This document shows positions 30,208-39,597 of a stretch of DNA of 64,000 nt, piece after piece. The notes beneath the pieces were generated by a model. That model was not told the origin of the DNA and ran no database searches. It worked only from the letters and a program-made list of their open reading frames with translations. Within the stretch, counting starts at the first letter, position 1; every line of letters begins with the position of its first letter. The DNA comes from Bacteroidales bacterium. GTDB lineage: Bacteria > Bacteroidota > Bacteroidia > Bacteroidales > JACABE01. The stretch is from contig JAHEYQ010000017.1 of the NCBI GenBank assembly GCA_023251515.1, positions 274 to 64,273 on the forward strand. Direction: 5' to 3'. The translations under genes were made by a program, and so were the position numbers.

Positions 30208-31094
30208 AAAGCTGAATTTTTTTTTGATTTAATACTAATTTGAGCAAGTATCATTCCAGCAAGCATTAGCGAACAACCTAAAATGCCTCTGTATGTCATT
30301 GTTTCATTTAGAATAAGCCAGCCTCCAATAACTGCAAATAATGATTCGGTACTAAGGATTATAGCAGCCAATGAAGGATGAGCATTTTTTTGAGCTATAA
30401 TTTGCAATGTAAATGCTACTGCAACAGATAGCAAACCTCCATACAAAATTGGTATCGCTGCTTTCAGGATTCCATCCCATATTATAGGCTCTGAAAAAAT
30501 GGCAAATGTAAGACTTAGTAATCCGCATATAATAAATTGTATTACTGCAATTACGATAGCATTTCCAATAGGGGCATATTTACTTATAATTAAAACATGA
30601 AATGCCCAGATAAAAGCACTCATAAATACATATATATCTCCTTTTGAAGCAGTAAAATTCTCGTTTACGCTAAGAAAATAGATTCCGAAAAGTGCCAAAA
30701 CAGCACCTATCCATACATTTAAACGTGTTTTTTGTGAAAAGATTAATCCAAAAATTGGGACCATAACAACATAAAATCCAGTAATAAAGCCTGCATTTCC
30801 GGCTGTTGTATAAATCATTCCAATTTGTTGCAATGAAGCCCCGCCAAATAGGAGCAATCCACACCAAATACCTCCTTTTACAGAATACTGCATTTGAAAT
30901 TTGGAGAATTGTTTTGGTTTTTGAGCCAATGCAATAGGAATAAGCAATAAGCCACCCAGTAAAAAGCGGCAGGCATTAAAAGTAAACGGACCCGTAAACT
31001 CCATGCCTGCCCTTTGTGCCACAAAGGCAAAACCCCATATTATAGCTGTAATCAGCAATAATAAATCAGAACCTGTTTTGCTTAGTGGCTTCAT
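30204..31094 (-). CDS. DMT/EamA family transporter
   Basis: About 10 TM segments, IWGFAFVAQ, AGFITGFYV, ESLFA. ATGA overlap with GH20. Confidence 0.88.
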   Translation of the reverse strand: MKPLSKTGSDLLLLITAIIWGFAFVAQRAGMEFTGPFTFNACRFLLGGLLLIPIALAQKPKQFSKFQMQYSVKGGIWCGLLLFGGASLQQIGMIYTTAGNAGFITGFYVVMVPIFGLIFSQKTRLNVWIGAVLALFGIYFLSVNENFTASKGDIYVFMSAFIWAFHVLIISKYAPIGNAIVIAVIQFIICGLLSLTFAIFSEPIIWDGILKAAIPILYGGLLSVAVAFTLQIIAQKNAHPSLAAIILSTESLFAVIGGWLILNETMTYRGILGCSLMLAGMILAQISIKSKKNSAL

Positions 31095-31105
31095 TGATAT
31101 GTTGA

Positions 31106-34039
31106 TTATTTGATTAAGATTTCATCAGCAAAAATCCATGCTTTGCCCCCTGCTCCCAAATGCCAGTCGGGGCATTTTCCGATATTTGTTGCTACAACTT
31201 TTACATATTGAGCTTTAACTCCATTAATTTTCTTTACCAAATCTTGTATCATCACATCCGGTTTTTGTAAGGGAACCTCATTTTTCACAATACCAACAGA
31301 TTTGAAAAGAATTCCATCTGTTGACACAAAGTATTCAACTTGTGATGGATAAAAAATCCATGCACCCATATCCTGTAAAAATCCCATACGAATTTCGCGG
31401 ATAGTTTGAGATTCTTTTAGTTTTACTGTAGCTTCCAGATTTACACCTTCATAACCTTGCCAGGTACCTGTTTTGAAATTTTCACCGCCTCTGATCATAT
31501 CAATCAGTGCCAAATCGCCACCAGCTGCATATTGATTTGCATAAGGATTTTTTATAGTAATGCTTCTTCCTTCAGGAATTAAAAATAAAGTTGCGGTTAA
31601 TAATTTACTGTCTGGTAAACCTTCTTTTACAGCAATTGCATTTATTGTAGTTGTTTCTTTAATATCAATTGCTTGTGTGTATTTTGCAGATTTTTTGGTT
31701 GGCATTGAACCATCTAAAGTATAATAAATTTCAGTATTTTTTTCTAAACAACCCAATTCAACTTTTTGCTCTTTCAGAAAAGTAGCTTTGCCTTTAGCAA
31801 TAAATGGAACCGGAATAATCAAATGTTCATTAATGGATGTCATAGGTTCATTTTCATTTCCAATACCCCATTTTTCAGAAGCTTTATTATCCATTTCAAA
31901 AATTATTTCACCACCATTAATAATATCATTGTGAGTAATATAAGATTTGTTGTAATCTTTTCCATTCAGTTTTGCCGATTTAATGTAAAAATTCTTCTTA
32001 GAAATATTTTCAGCTTTAATTGTAAATATTTTCCCATTTTCAAGTTTGACGCTTATTTTCTTAAACATTGGTGTTCCAATTGCATAAACATCAGTTCCGG
32101 GAGTTACAGAATAGAATCCCATAGCACTCATAACCAGCCATGAAGACATTTGCCCGCAATCTTCATTGCCACATAAACCATCTGGTTTATTTGAATACAT
32201 TTCTTTTTGGATGCGATGAACCAGTTCTTGAGTTTTGAAAGCTTTTCCAACATAATTATATAAATATGCAATATGATGACTTGGTTCATTTCCATGAGCA
32301 TATTGACCTATAAGCCCTGTTATATCAGCTTGTTCGCGACCAGAAGTTTTTGATTCCGCATTAAAAAGCATATCCAGTCTTTCTGCCAGTTTCTCTTTTC
32401 CTCCAAGATAATTTGCAAAACCGCTAATATCCTGAGGGACTGAATAGCTATATTGCCATGCATTGGCTTCTGTATAATTGAAATTTACTTCAGATGGTTC
32501 AAATGGTGAGAACCAAAGGTTTTGCATACGGGCGCGCATAAAGCCTGTAGAAGGATCTAATAAATTTTTATATGATTGGGCTCTCTGAATATAAATTTTG
32601 TAATCATCCATTTTATTCAAAGATTTGGCCATTTGAGCAATACACCAATCATCGTAAGCATATTCCAATAATTTTGAGACAGATTCTCCTTCTTCATTCG
32701 CAAAAATTATTCCATATGATTTATAAGATTTCATACCCAATTTTTCTTGTTCTGCACTGGTTTTCATAGCAGCATAAGCTTTTTCAACATCAAAATCACG
32801 AAGGCCTTTCATATATGCATCAACGATTACTGGTACTGCGTGATATCCTATCATACAACCGGTTTCGTTACCTGATAGTTCCCAAACTGGTAAAAATCCA
32901 CCTTCCTCCCATTGTTTGATAAATGTTTTAATAAAATCTGTTGTTCTCTTTTGCTGGGTTAATGTGTATAAGGGATGTGCAGCTCTGTATGTATCCCATA
33001 AAGAAAAGACTGAATAATAATCAAAATCTGACTGATGTGTTTTTAAATCTCTACCTCTGTATTGTCCATCAACATCGCTATATAAATTCGGATTCAGAAA
33101 TGCGTGATACATAGCTGTATAAAATATTGTTTTCTGATCATCAGAACCACCTTCAACTTCAATTTTGCCTAATTCATTATTCCATATTGAATCAGCATCT
33201 TTTACAACTTTATCGAAGTTCCAGTCAGAAATTTCAGTTTCCAGATTTTTACGGGCATTTTCGATACTAACTGCTGATATACCAACCTTTATCATTATAG
33301 ATTCATCTTTTTTTATATCAAAAGTTAAAAATGCTTTCAGATTGGCACCTTTAGCCTCTTTTAATAATGTAGCACTATCATTTACAGCAATATTATATGA
33401 CTTTATCGATTTAGAAAATTTAGCAACAAAAAATACTTTTTGGTCATTAGCCCAAGCCATAGAACGTCTGTATCCTTCAATTTCATCTGGACTATTTATT
33501 TTTATTGAAGATTCAATAACTTTATCACGATGAAGTAAATCTATCAAAATGTTAGAATTATTAGAATCATGAAATGTATATTTGTGAAATCCAACACGTT
33601 TGGTAGTTGTTAATTCAGCATCAACATTGTATTTATCTAATTTCACTTTAAAATAACCCGGTTTTGCAATTTCGTTTTTATGGTTGAAAGCAGAAGCATA
33701 TTCTTTATTGCTCCATTTATATTCACCAGTGGTTGGCATAATTAATACATCTCCATAATCAGAACAACCTGTGCCGCTTAAGTGAGTATGTGAAAAGCCA
33801 TATATAATACTATCAGAATAATGATAGCCACCACAACCGTCCCATCCATCTAAACGAGTATCTGGGCTAAGTTGAACCATGCCAAATGGGAGTGAAGCAC
33901 CCGGATAAGTATGTCCATGCCCACCTGTTCCGATAAATGGATTTACATAATCAGTAATTTTCCCTTTTTTATTTGTATGACATGATAAAAGGGAAATAGC
34001 TAAAACAAAGGAGATAAAAGTGATTTTTTTTAAATTCAT
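31106..34039 (-). CDS. GH92 alpha-1,2-mannosidase family lipoprotein
   Basis: LLSC lipobox, YVNPFIGTGGHGHTYPGA, FSHTHLSGTG, SLWDTYRA, TEANAWQY, GNEPSHH, GNEDCGQMS. Confidence 0.92.
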   Translation of the reverse strand: MNLKKITFISFVLAISLLSCHTNKKGKITDYVNPFIGTGGHGHTYPGASLPFGMVQLSPDTRLDGWDGCGGYHYSDSIIYGFSHTHLSGTGCSDYGDVLIMPTTGEYKWSNKEYASAFNHKNEIAKPGYFKVKLDKYNVDAELTTTKRVGFHKYTFHDSNNSNILIDLLHRDKVIESSIKINSPDEIEGYRRSMAWANDQKVFFVAKFSKSIKSYNIAVNDSATLLKEAKGANLKAFLTFDIKKDESIMIKVGISAVSIENARKNLETEISDWNFDKVVKDADSIWNNELGKIEVEGGSDDQKTIFYTAMYHAFLNPNLYSDVDGQYRGRDLKTHQSDFDYYSVFSLWDTYRAAHPLYTLTQQKRTTDFIKTFIKQWEEGGFLPVWELSGNETGCMIGYHAVPVIVDAYMKGLRDFDVEKAYAAMKTSAEQEKLGMKSYKSYGIIFANEEGESVSKLLEYAYDDWCIAQMAKSLNKMDDYKIYIQRAQSYKNLLDPSTGFMRARMQNLWFSPFEPSEVNFNYTEANAWQYSYSVPQDISGFANYLGGKEKLAERLDMLFNAESKTSGREQADITGLIGQYAHGNEPSHHIAYLYNYVGKAFKTQELVHRIQKEMYSNKPDGLCGNEDCGQMSSWLVMSAMGFYSVTPGTDVYAIGTPMFKKISVKLENGKIFTIKAENISKKNFYIKSAKLNGKDYNKSYITHNDIINGGEIIFEMDNKASEKWGIGNENEPMTSINEHLIIPVPFIAKGKATFLKEQKVELGCLEKNTEIYYTLDGSMPTKKSAKYTQAIDIKETTTINAIAVKEGLPDSKLLTATLFLIPEGRSITIKNPYANQYAAGGDLALIDMIRGGENFKTGTWQGYEGVNLEATVKLKESQTIREIRMGFLQDMGAWIFYPSQVEYFVSTDGILFKSVGIVKNEVPLQKPDVMIQDLVKKINGVKAQYVKVVATNIGKCPDWHLGAGGKAWIFADEILIK

Positions 34040-34050
34040 AATAGATAGAA

Positions 34051-35082
34051 TTATAATTGTTTACAAGATTCTCTTAATTGGAAATAAGATGGAACCACAA
34101 TTTGATCTTTGGCTTTTCTTGTATTTTTATGACTGATTTCATCCATTAATATACTTACTGCATTTTTACTAATGAGATCCAAGGGTTGTGATATTGTTGT
34201 AATTGAAGGTGATAAAAGTTCAAAAACAGGTAAATCATCGAAAGTAATTAACGAAATATCTTCAGGAATTCTAATTTTAAATTTCTTTAATGATTTTAAA
34301 CAAGCTAATGCAATATTCTGATTTACTGTTAAAATAGCAGTAACTTTTTGATTATATTTTATAAGTTTTTCAATATAAAATTCTACGCTTTGTTCAATGT
34401 CTTCAAATGGAATCTGGCAATGTAAATAATGATCTGTATTTACATTCCCCTTTTTTATAGCATCAAAATAACCTTTATTTCTGTCTTTAACTGAAGTTAA
34501 ATGAGGTGGTGATATTGATAGCATTGCAATATTAACATGTCCATTATCAATAAGGTATTTTACTGCTTTAAATGAACTTTTATAATTATCTATTACAACA
34601 TAATTTGTATCCGGAATTTCCGGGAAATATCTGTCAACTAAAACAAAAGGGAAGTTGTCATGTTTCATTAATTTTATTTCCGTATTGTCAACTAAGGTAG
34701 ATGAAATAATTAAACCATCAACTTGTTTGTCTTTTAGCATTCTGATTAAAGATGCTTCTTTGGCATCTTTTTCGTCAGAACTACAGATAATTAAATTATA
34801 GCCATACTTATTGCACTCATCTTCAATGTTTCTAGCCATTTTTGCATAAAATGCATTTGAAATATCTGCAACAATAAGTCCTATTGTATTTGATCTGCCC
34901 AATCTTAGACTTCTGGCAACCTGATTGGGCTTATAATTTAGTTCACGGGTAAAAGCAATTACTTTTTCCTGTGTTTCTTTTTTTATGCCGTTTTTATCAC
35001 CATAGCCATTAAGTACCATTGAGACTAATGTCTTTGATACTCCCATTTTAGTTGCAATGTCTTCTAATCTTACTTTTTTCAT
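34051..35082 (-). CDS. LacI family transcriptional regulator
   Basis: RLEDIATKMGVSKTLVSMVLN HTH, YKPNQVARSL hinge, sugar-binding domain. Confidence 0.92.
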   Translation of the reverse strand: MKKVRLEDIATKMGVSKTLVSMVLNGYGDKNGIKKETQEKVIAFTRELNYKPNQVARSLRLGRSNTIGLIVADISNAFYAKMARNIEDECNKYGYNLIICSSDEKDAKEASLIRMLKDKQVDGLIISSTLVDNTEIKLMKHDNFPFVLVDRYFPEIPDTNYVVIDNYKSSFKAVKYLIDNGHVNIAMLSISPPHLTSVKDRNKGYFDAIKKGNVNTDHYLHCQIPFEDIEQSVEFYIEKLIKYNQKVTAILTVNQNIALACLKSLKKFKIRIPEDISLITFDDLPVFELLSPSITTISQPLDLISKNAVSILMDEISHKNTRKAKDQIVVPSYFQLRESCKQL

Positions 35083-35142
35083 ATGCCAAAGAACTCATAT
35101 ATTCTATCAAATAATCTTTTTAGATTTACAAAAATACAAATT

Positions 35143-35160
35143 TACTAAATCGTTTTAGCA
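35143..35160. promoter_or_regulatory. Candidate LacI operator overlapping the lacI-operon promoter
   Basis: TACTAAATCGTTTTAGCA, a near-perfect CG-centred palindrome just upstream of a minus-strand TATTTTTG element (35129-35136). Confidence 0.6.
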
Positions 35161-35307
35161 ATTTAATAGAAATAAATTTTATAATTTTGTAAAAATAGTA
35201 AAAATATAGATATGTTCTATTTTTATGATAGGATTTTCTTGAAATTTATTTGATATAATATCAATATTTTAAAGTTATTAATAATAATAGAATTAAATTT
35301 TAGTATA

Positions 35308-35338
35308 AAAAAAAGACGCTTTAAAAGCGTCTTTTTTT
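35308..35338. terminator. Terminator downstream of the PPIase gene
   Basis: aaaaaaagacgcttt / aaagcgtcttttttt. Confidence 0.8.
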
Positions 35339-35353
35339 ATTATTTTGAAGATT

Positions 35354-37483
35354 TTAATAGAAAAGTATTCTATTATCTTCAATTTTAGCTTTATCCTGAA
35401 TTACTTTGTAAACATCATTGGCAACTCTTTGTTGATACATGCTCTGCAATTGCATGATTGTCATTGTGTAATCTTTAGATTCAGGTGCTTTTGTAATTTG
35501 ATCTACATTAACAACATAAACACCGCTATTGCCTTTGATTGGTTTAGATAATGAATTTGGTTTAAGAGTAAAAGTAGTACCGATTACTTCTGGTTCATAA
35601 CCTTTTCTGCCTACATTGTATGAAGCAAAATTTAATTGTTCTACGGTATCAACCTGAACATTAAATTTACTTGCAAGTTGGTATAAATCTTTAGTTTGAG
35701 CCAAAGCTGCATTTACTTTTTCTTGAATCATAACTGCTTTTTTATCGCGTTTTACAACAAACTCAAGTCTTGATTTAATTTGTTCCAAAGGAGCAATCCC
35801 TTTTTCACGTACCTCTTTTAAAACAGCAACTATAAAGTATTTATTATCAAATTCAAAAACTTGTTTTGATACATCATTCTTTTTGGTTTCTTCATTAAAA
35901 GCCCATCTAACTAATTCTCTGGCATTTTCAATTCCGGGAATGTTGTCAGACATTTGTTGAATATATTCTGCGGTTCTTTTATTTAAGCCAGATTTTTTAA
36001 TTGAATTTTCAAAAGCCTCAACCGTAGGATTTTCGCTTGCAAACTTATTGGCTTCAGCAAAAATATTTTTGTAGGTTTGATTTGAAGGTTCAAGGTTTCT
36101 TGTAATTAAAGCAATTTGAACCTTTTTTAATGGAATTGTTTTTCCGGTAATATTAATAACGTGAATACCAAACATTGATTCAGCTGTAGTTACATCACCA
36201 ACTTTTCCTTTTAATACAGCATTGTTAAAAGCAGGAACCATAGTTTGATCTGCAAACCAATTTAAATCACCTTTGTTTTCTTTAGCTGATTGATCATCTG
36301 ACAAAGAAATTGCTATTTCAGCTAATTTTGAAGGATCTTTCTGTAACAGAATCTTCAAACTGTCAGCTAATTTTTGAGCGTCTTCTTTGGTTCTTGTTAT
36401 TTTTTCGTTTGCACCGTAGGCTCCTTTAAATGAAATTAATATATGGCTAGCTTTCATTGAATCTGGACGTAATTGTACATCCATAATTTTCCCCATTTTG
36501 TAAGCACCATTATCCATAAATGGAGGAATGATAGTTCCGGCAGCCATGTTAAAAGCAGCAGAATCAATTGCATAAGGAAGTTTTCCTCTTTTAACAAAAG
36601 AACTGTCATATCTGGTGTCAGAATAAGAATTTACAAATTCAGGAATATTTTGAGCTGTTTGTAATTCAGTATAAATATCATTTACTTGTTTTACAGTATT
36701 ATCCAAGTCATCTTTTGATGGAGTAACTTCAAATAATACATAATCGATATCTCTGCTTGCTTCCTGATCAAACTCCTGTTTGTGTTCGTCATAAAATGCC
36801 TGATAATCTTTATCATTTAAAACTACTGCACTGTCAGAAACAGATGAATAATCTACTGCCATCATACGTAATTTAACAAAATCATTTTGAGCTTGATATG
36901 CTTTTTTAGCAAATGCTTTTGGCATATAAAAACTTTTTGTAATCAGATTATTGTATTTTGTACGAATACGGTCAGATTTGATGTATTCTTCAATTGATTT
37001 CCATTGTTTTTGTTCTTCCGGTTTTAATTGTTCAAAATTTTCGATAATCTGTACAACTCTTTGTTTGTCAACCTGACCAGTTTTAGGATTTGTAAAATTT
37101 TGATTTATAAATTGATGCAAAAATTTTCCATAGAACATATCGTTCATTTCTTCAGTAGAAACTTCAATTGATAAATCCTCATATTCTTTACTCATTAAAA
37201 CATCGCTAACCAATTGGTTCCAAACACTTTGTCTTACCTGGTAAGTCTCTTGTGATGTTAAACTTTCTTTACGTTGTTGAGTTTTAATTTGTTCTAGTTG
37301 TTGTTCAACTTTCTTTTCAAATTCAGGATATGTTATGTTTTCTCCGTCAACTACCCCTAATTGTTTGTTACTAAATGCTCTGGTTCCTTTAAATGCATCT
37401 TGCAATACAAAACCTGCAATAGCAATACCAATTAGAATAATTAGTAAACCTGATCTTTTTCTTATTTTTCCTATTATTGCCAT
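35354..37483 (-). CDS. PpiD/SurA-like membrane-anchored peptidyl-prolyl isomerase chaperone
   Basis: MAIIGKIRKRSG plus TM, SurA_N region, parvulin KASHILISF...KGDLNWF...MVPAFN. Start moved to 37483. Confidence 0.85.
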   Translation of the reverse strand: MAIIGKIRKRSGLLIILIGIAIAGFVLQDAFKGTRAFSNKQLGVVDGENITYPEFEKKVEQQLEQIKTQQRKESLTSQETYQVRQSVWNQLVSDVLMSKEYEDLSIEVSTEEMNDMFYGKFLHQFINQNFTNPKTGQVDKQRVVQIIENFEQLKPEEQKQWKSIEEYIKSDRIRTKYNNLITKSFYMPKAFAKKAYQAQNDFVKLRMMAVDYSSVSDSAVVLNDKDYQAFYDEHKQEFDQEASRDIDYVLFEVTPSKDDLDNTVKQVNDIYTELQTAQNIPEFVNSYSDTRYDSSFVKRGKLPYAIDSAAFNMAAGTIIPPFMDNGAYKMGKIMDVQLRPDSMKASHILISFKGAYGANEKITRTKEDAQKLADSLKILLQKDPSKLAEIAISLSDDQSAKENKGDLNWFADQTMVPAFNNAVLKGKVGDVTTAESMFGIHVINITGKTIPLKKVQIALITRNLEPSNQTYKNIFAEANKFASENPTVEAFENSIKKSGLNKRTAEYIQQMSDNIPGIENARELVRWAFNEETKKNDVSKQVFEFDNKYFIVAVLKEVREKGIAPLEQIKSRLEFVVKRDKKAVMIQEKVNAALAQTKDLYQLASKFNVQVDTVEQLNFASYNVGRKGYEPEVIGTTFTLKPNSLSKPIKGNSGVYVVNVDQITKAPESKDYTMTIMQLQSMYQQRVANDVYKVIQDKAKIEDNRILFY

Positions 37484-37680
37484 AGTTATTTTTTTAAAAA
37501 TAGTGTGCAAACTTACAATTTTTTTTTAAATTATAAGTTATCATTAACTGTTTTTTTTATTGATTTTATTAAAATTCTTACTCTTATGTAGGAACAAGTG
37601 ATAGAAATTGTTTAGTTTCTGAATAATTCTTATTTTAGGATATAATAATTTCATATTTTTTGATGTGTTTTTTTTGATTC

Positions 37681-38268
37681 TTATTCTTCTTTATCAAGAT
37701 TTATTTTTCCTCTCGGACGTCGTAGTGTATAATTGTTGAAGCTTTCGTCAGAATCAAATCCATCGCCATATAACGTCTCGTCTTTATTTACCTTTTTTAC
37801 TAGTGTGTTTGAAAATATTTTTTTTGAGTTCTGGTCCCAATTCAGATTTTCGGTATAAATAGTATCTCCTTTTGCAAAATCAATAATTATTACATTGTTC
37901 TTAATTTCCATGGTTTTGTTGTCTTCGTAATTAATAGCATAATTAGCAGTTAGTTGTGATTTTATTTTTTTATTTATGTCATAAAATACAACTTTCAAAC
38001 CTTTTGGGAATTTTGAATAAGATTGTTCGGTTTGGTATCTGTCTAATTGCGGACTGGTCATCAGAAGTATAATTCTGGTGGAATCGCTTCTGATCAGACT
38101 GATATTTTTTGCTGATTCTACAGGCAGATTGGTATAGTTTTTTATTGAATTGATTTTTTCCAAATCGTTCTTACAAGATGCCATTACGATACAAAATGAA
38201 GAAACATAGACTCCTATCAAATAGAGTCTATGTTTTTTATTAATTTGTATTTTTAATGGATTCTTCAA
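37681..38268 (-). CDS. lptC: LPS export periplasmic protein LptC
   Basis: MASC lipobox-like site, FPKGLKVVFY, TENLNWD, LYGDGFDSD, and the coaX-TPR-lptC context. Start uncertain (TTG at 38268 chosen). Confidence 0.72.
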   Translation of the reverse strand: MKNPLKIQINKKHRLYLIGVYVSSFCIVMASCKNDLEKINSIKNYTNLPVESAKNISLIRSDSTRIILLMTSPQLDRYQTEQSYSKFPKGLKVVFYDINKKIKSQLTANYAINYEDNKTMEIKNNVIIIDFAKGDTIYTENLNWDQNSKKIFSNTLVKKVNKDETLYGDGFDSDESFNNYTLRRPRGKINLDKEE

Positions 38269-38275
38269 ATTTTGA

Positions 38276-39577
38276 TTATCTAACAGTGGTTGTTTCATTA
38301 ATCCAGCAACCAACTTTGTATGAATCCCCTTTTTTTAGTCCGTAGAAGAATATATTTTCATCACTAGGGAATGCTCTTGAATAAGATGAAATTCTGCTGT
38401 TTGCTAAATCTGCAATAGAAGGATCAACTCTTTTGGCTTGATTGTATTTATCTACGGCAGCCCAATAAGCAACTTTGCTTGTCAGATCGTTATCACCACA
38501 TTGTTTGGCACTTTGTGCATATAAATCGCCAATGATAATATATGGCATTCCATCGCCTGGCTTAGCATCAAGTGCTTTTAATGCAAAACTTTTTGCTGTT
38601 GAAAATTGATTTAAATTTCCATAAATATCGGCCAATAATAAACAAATTCTAGCTTTATCAACGTTTTCAGTCATTTTTTCTGCTGCATCATTCAGATATT
38701 CAGCAGCTTTAGAATATTGTTTTTTAGAGTATGACATTTTTCCCATTAAATATGCAGTCTCTGGAGTTGGTTCTAATTTGTATAAATTTTCTGTTGCTTT
38801 GAAAAACAATGGATCGTCTGTGCATTTTTTCTTGTCCAATATTTTTGTAATTTTTTTCAAAAGCACGATGTCATTTGGATTTTGTTTGAATTTTTTTCCA
38901 TAAATGGCAACTAATTCCTGACATGATGTATAAGGCTCGATTGATTTTTCAATATTTTGCAAAACTTTGTCGTATTCATCTTTGTTTTTTACATCATTTG
39001 CCATATTTTTTTCAATAAGATCACTGATAGCATCATAATTGTCAAGTATTAATGTAGAATCTCCTTTACCAGTTTTAACATATTCTATTGTTGATAAACA
39101 ATAATTGTACATAACGATTGGTTCAGCATAATTTCCGCTAATATCAACAGCTTTTTTAAACAAATTGTAGATTTGTTCTTTTTCTTTTGGTCTGTAATTG
39201 AGCAAATCCAAGCCTTTTTTGCCAAGATTTAAACCTTCTTTACCGAAAAATTCAATTCTTTTATCCCAAACAATCAAAAGTGTATCAACCAATTTTTCCT
39301 TATGTTTTGCATCTTTTTCATTATCAATCGCATATTTTAAAATATTAACTCCTCTGATAAAAGTATTTTCACTTGCCATAGGGCATTTCATGAAAACTTC
39401 TCTCCATGGTTTAAAAGCATCTTTATAATTTTGTTGTTTGTAAAATTCACCATATAAAGAGATATTGGTAATGCATTCAATACTGTCTTCAGATGTTTTT
39501 CCGTACTTTTGTGCTGTAGCCGACAAGCTGATAATCAGAATACTTGCCAATGCTATTAATTTAATTGTTTTCATCAC
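38276..39577 (-). CDS. TPR-repeat periplasmic protein
   Basis: Signal peptide, helical TPR-like repeats, C-terminal FFYGLKKGDSYKVGCWINETTTVR. Confidence 0.75.
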   Translation of the reverse strand: MMKTIKLIALASILIISLSATAQKYGKTSEDSIECITNISLYGEFYKQQNYKDAFKPWREVFMKCPMASENTFIRGVNILKYAIDNEKDAKHKEKLVDTLLIVWDKRIEFFGKEGLNLGKKGLDLLNYRPKEKEQIYNLFKKAVDISGNYAEPIVMYNYCLSTIEYVKTGKGDSTLILDNYDAISDLIEKNMANDVKNKDEYDKVLQNIEKSIEPYTSCQELVAIYGKKFKQNPNDIVLLKKITKILDKKKCTDDPLFFKATENLYKLEPTPETAYLMGKMSYSKKQYSKAAEYLNDAAEKMTENVDKARICLLLADIYGNLNQFSTAKSFALKALDAKPGDGMPYIIIGDLYAQSAKQCGDNDLTSKVAYWAAVDKYNQAKRVDPSIADLANSRISSYSRAFPSDENIFFYGLKKGDSYKVGCWINETTTVR

Positions 39578-39597
39578 TTTGTTTTATTTACTGTTCT

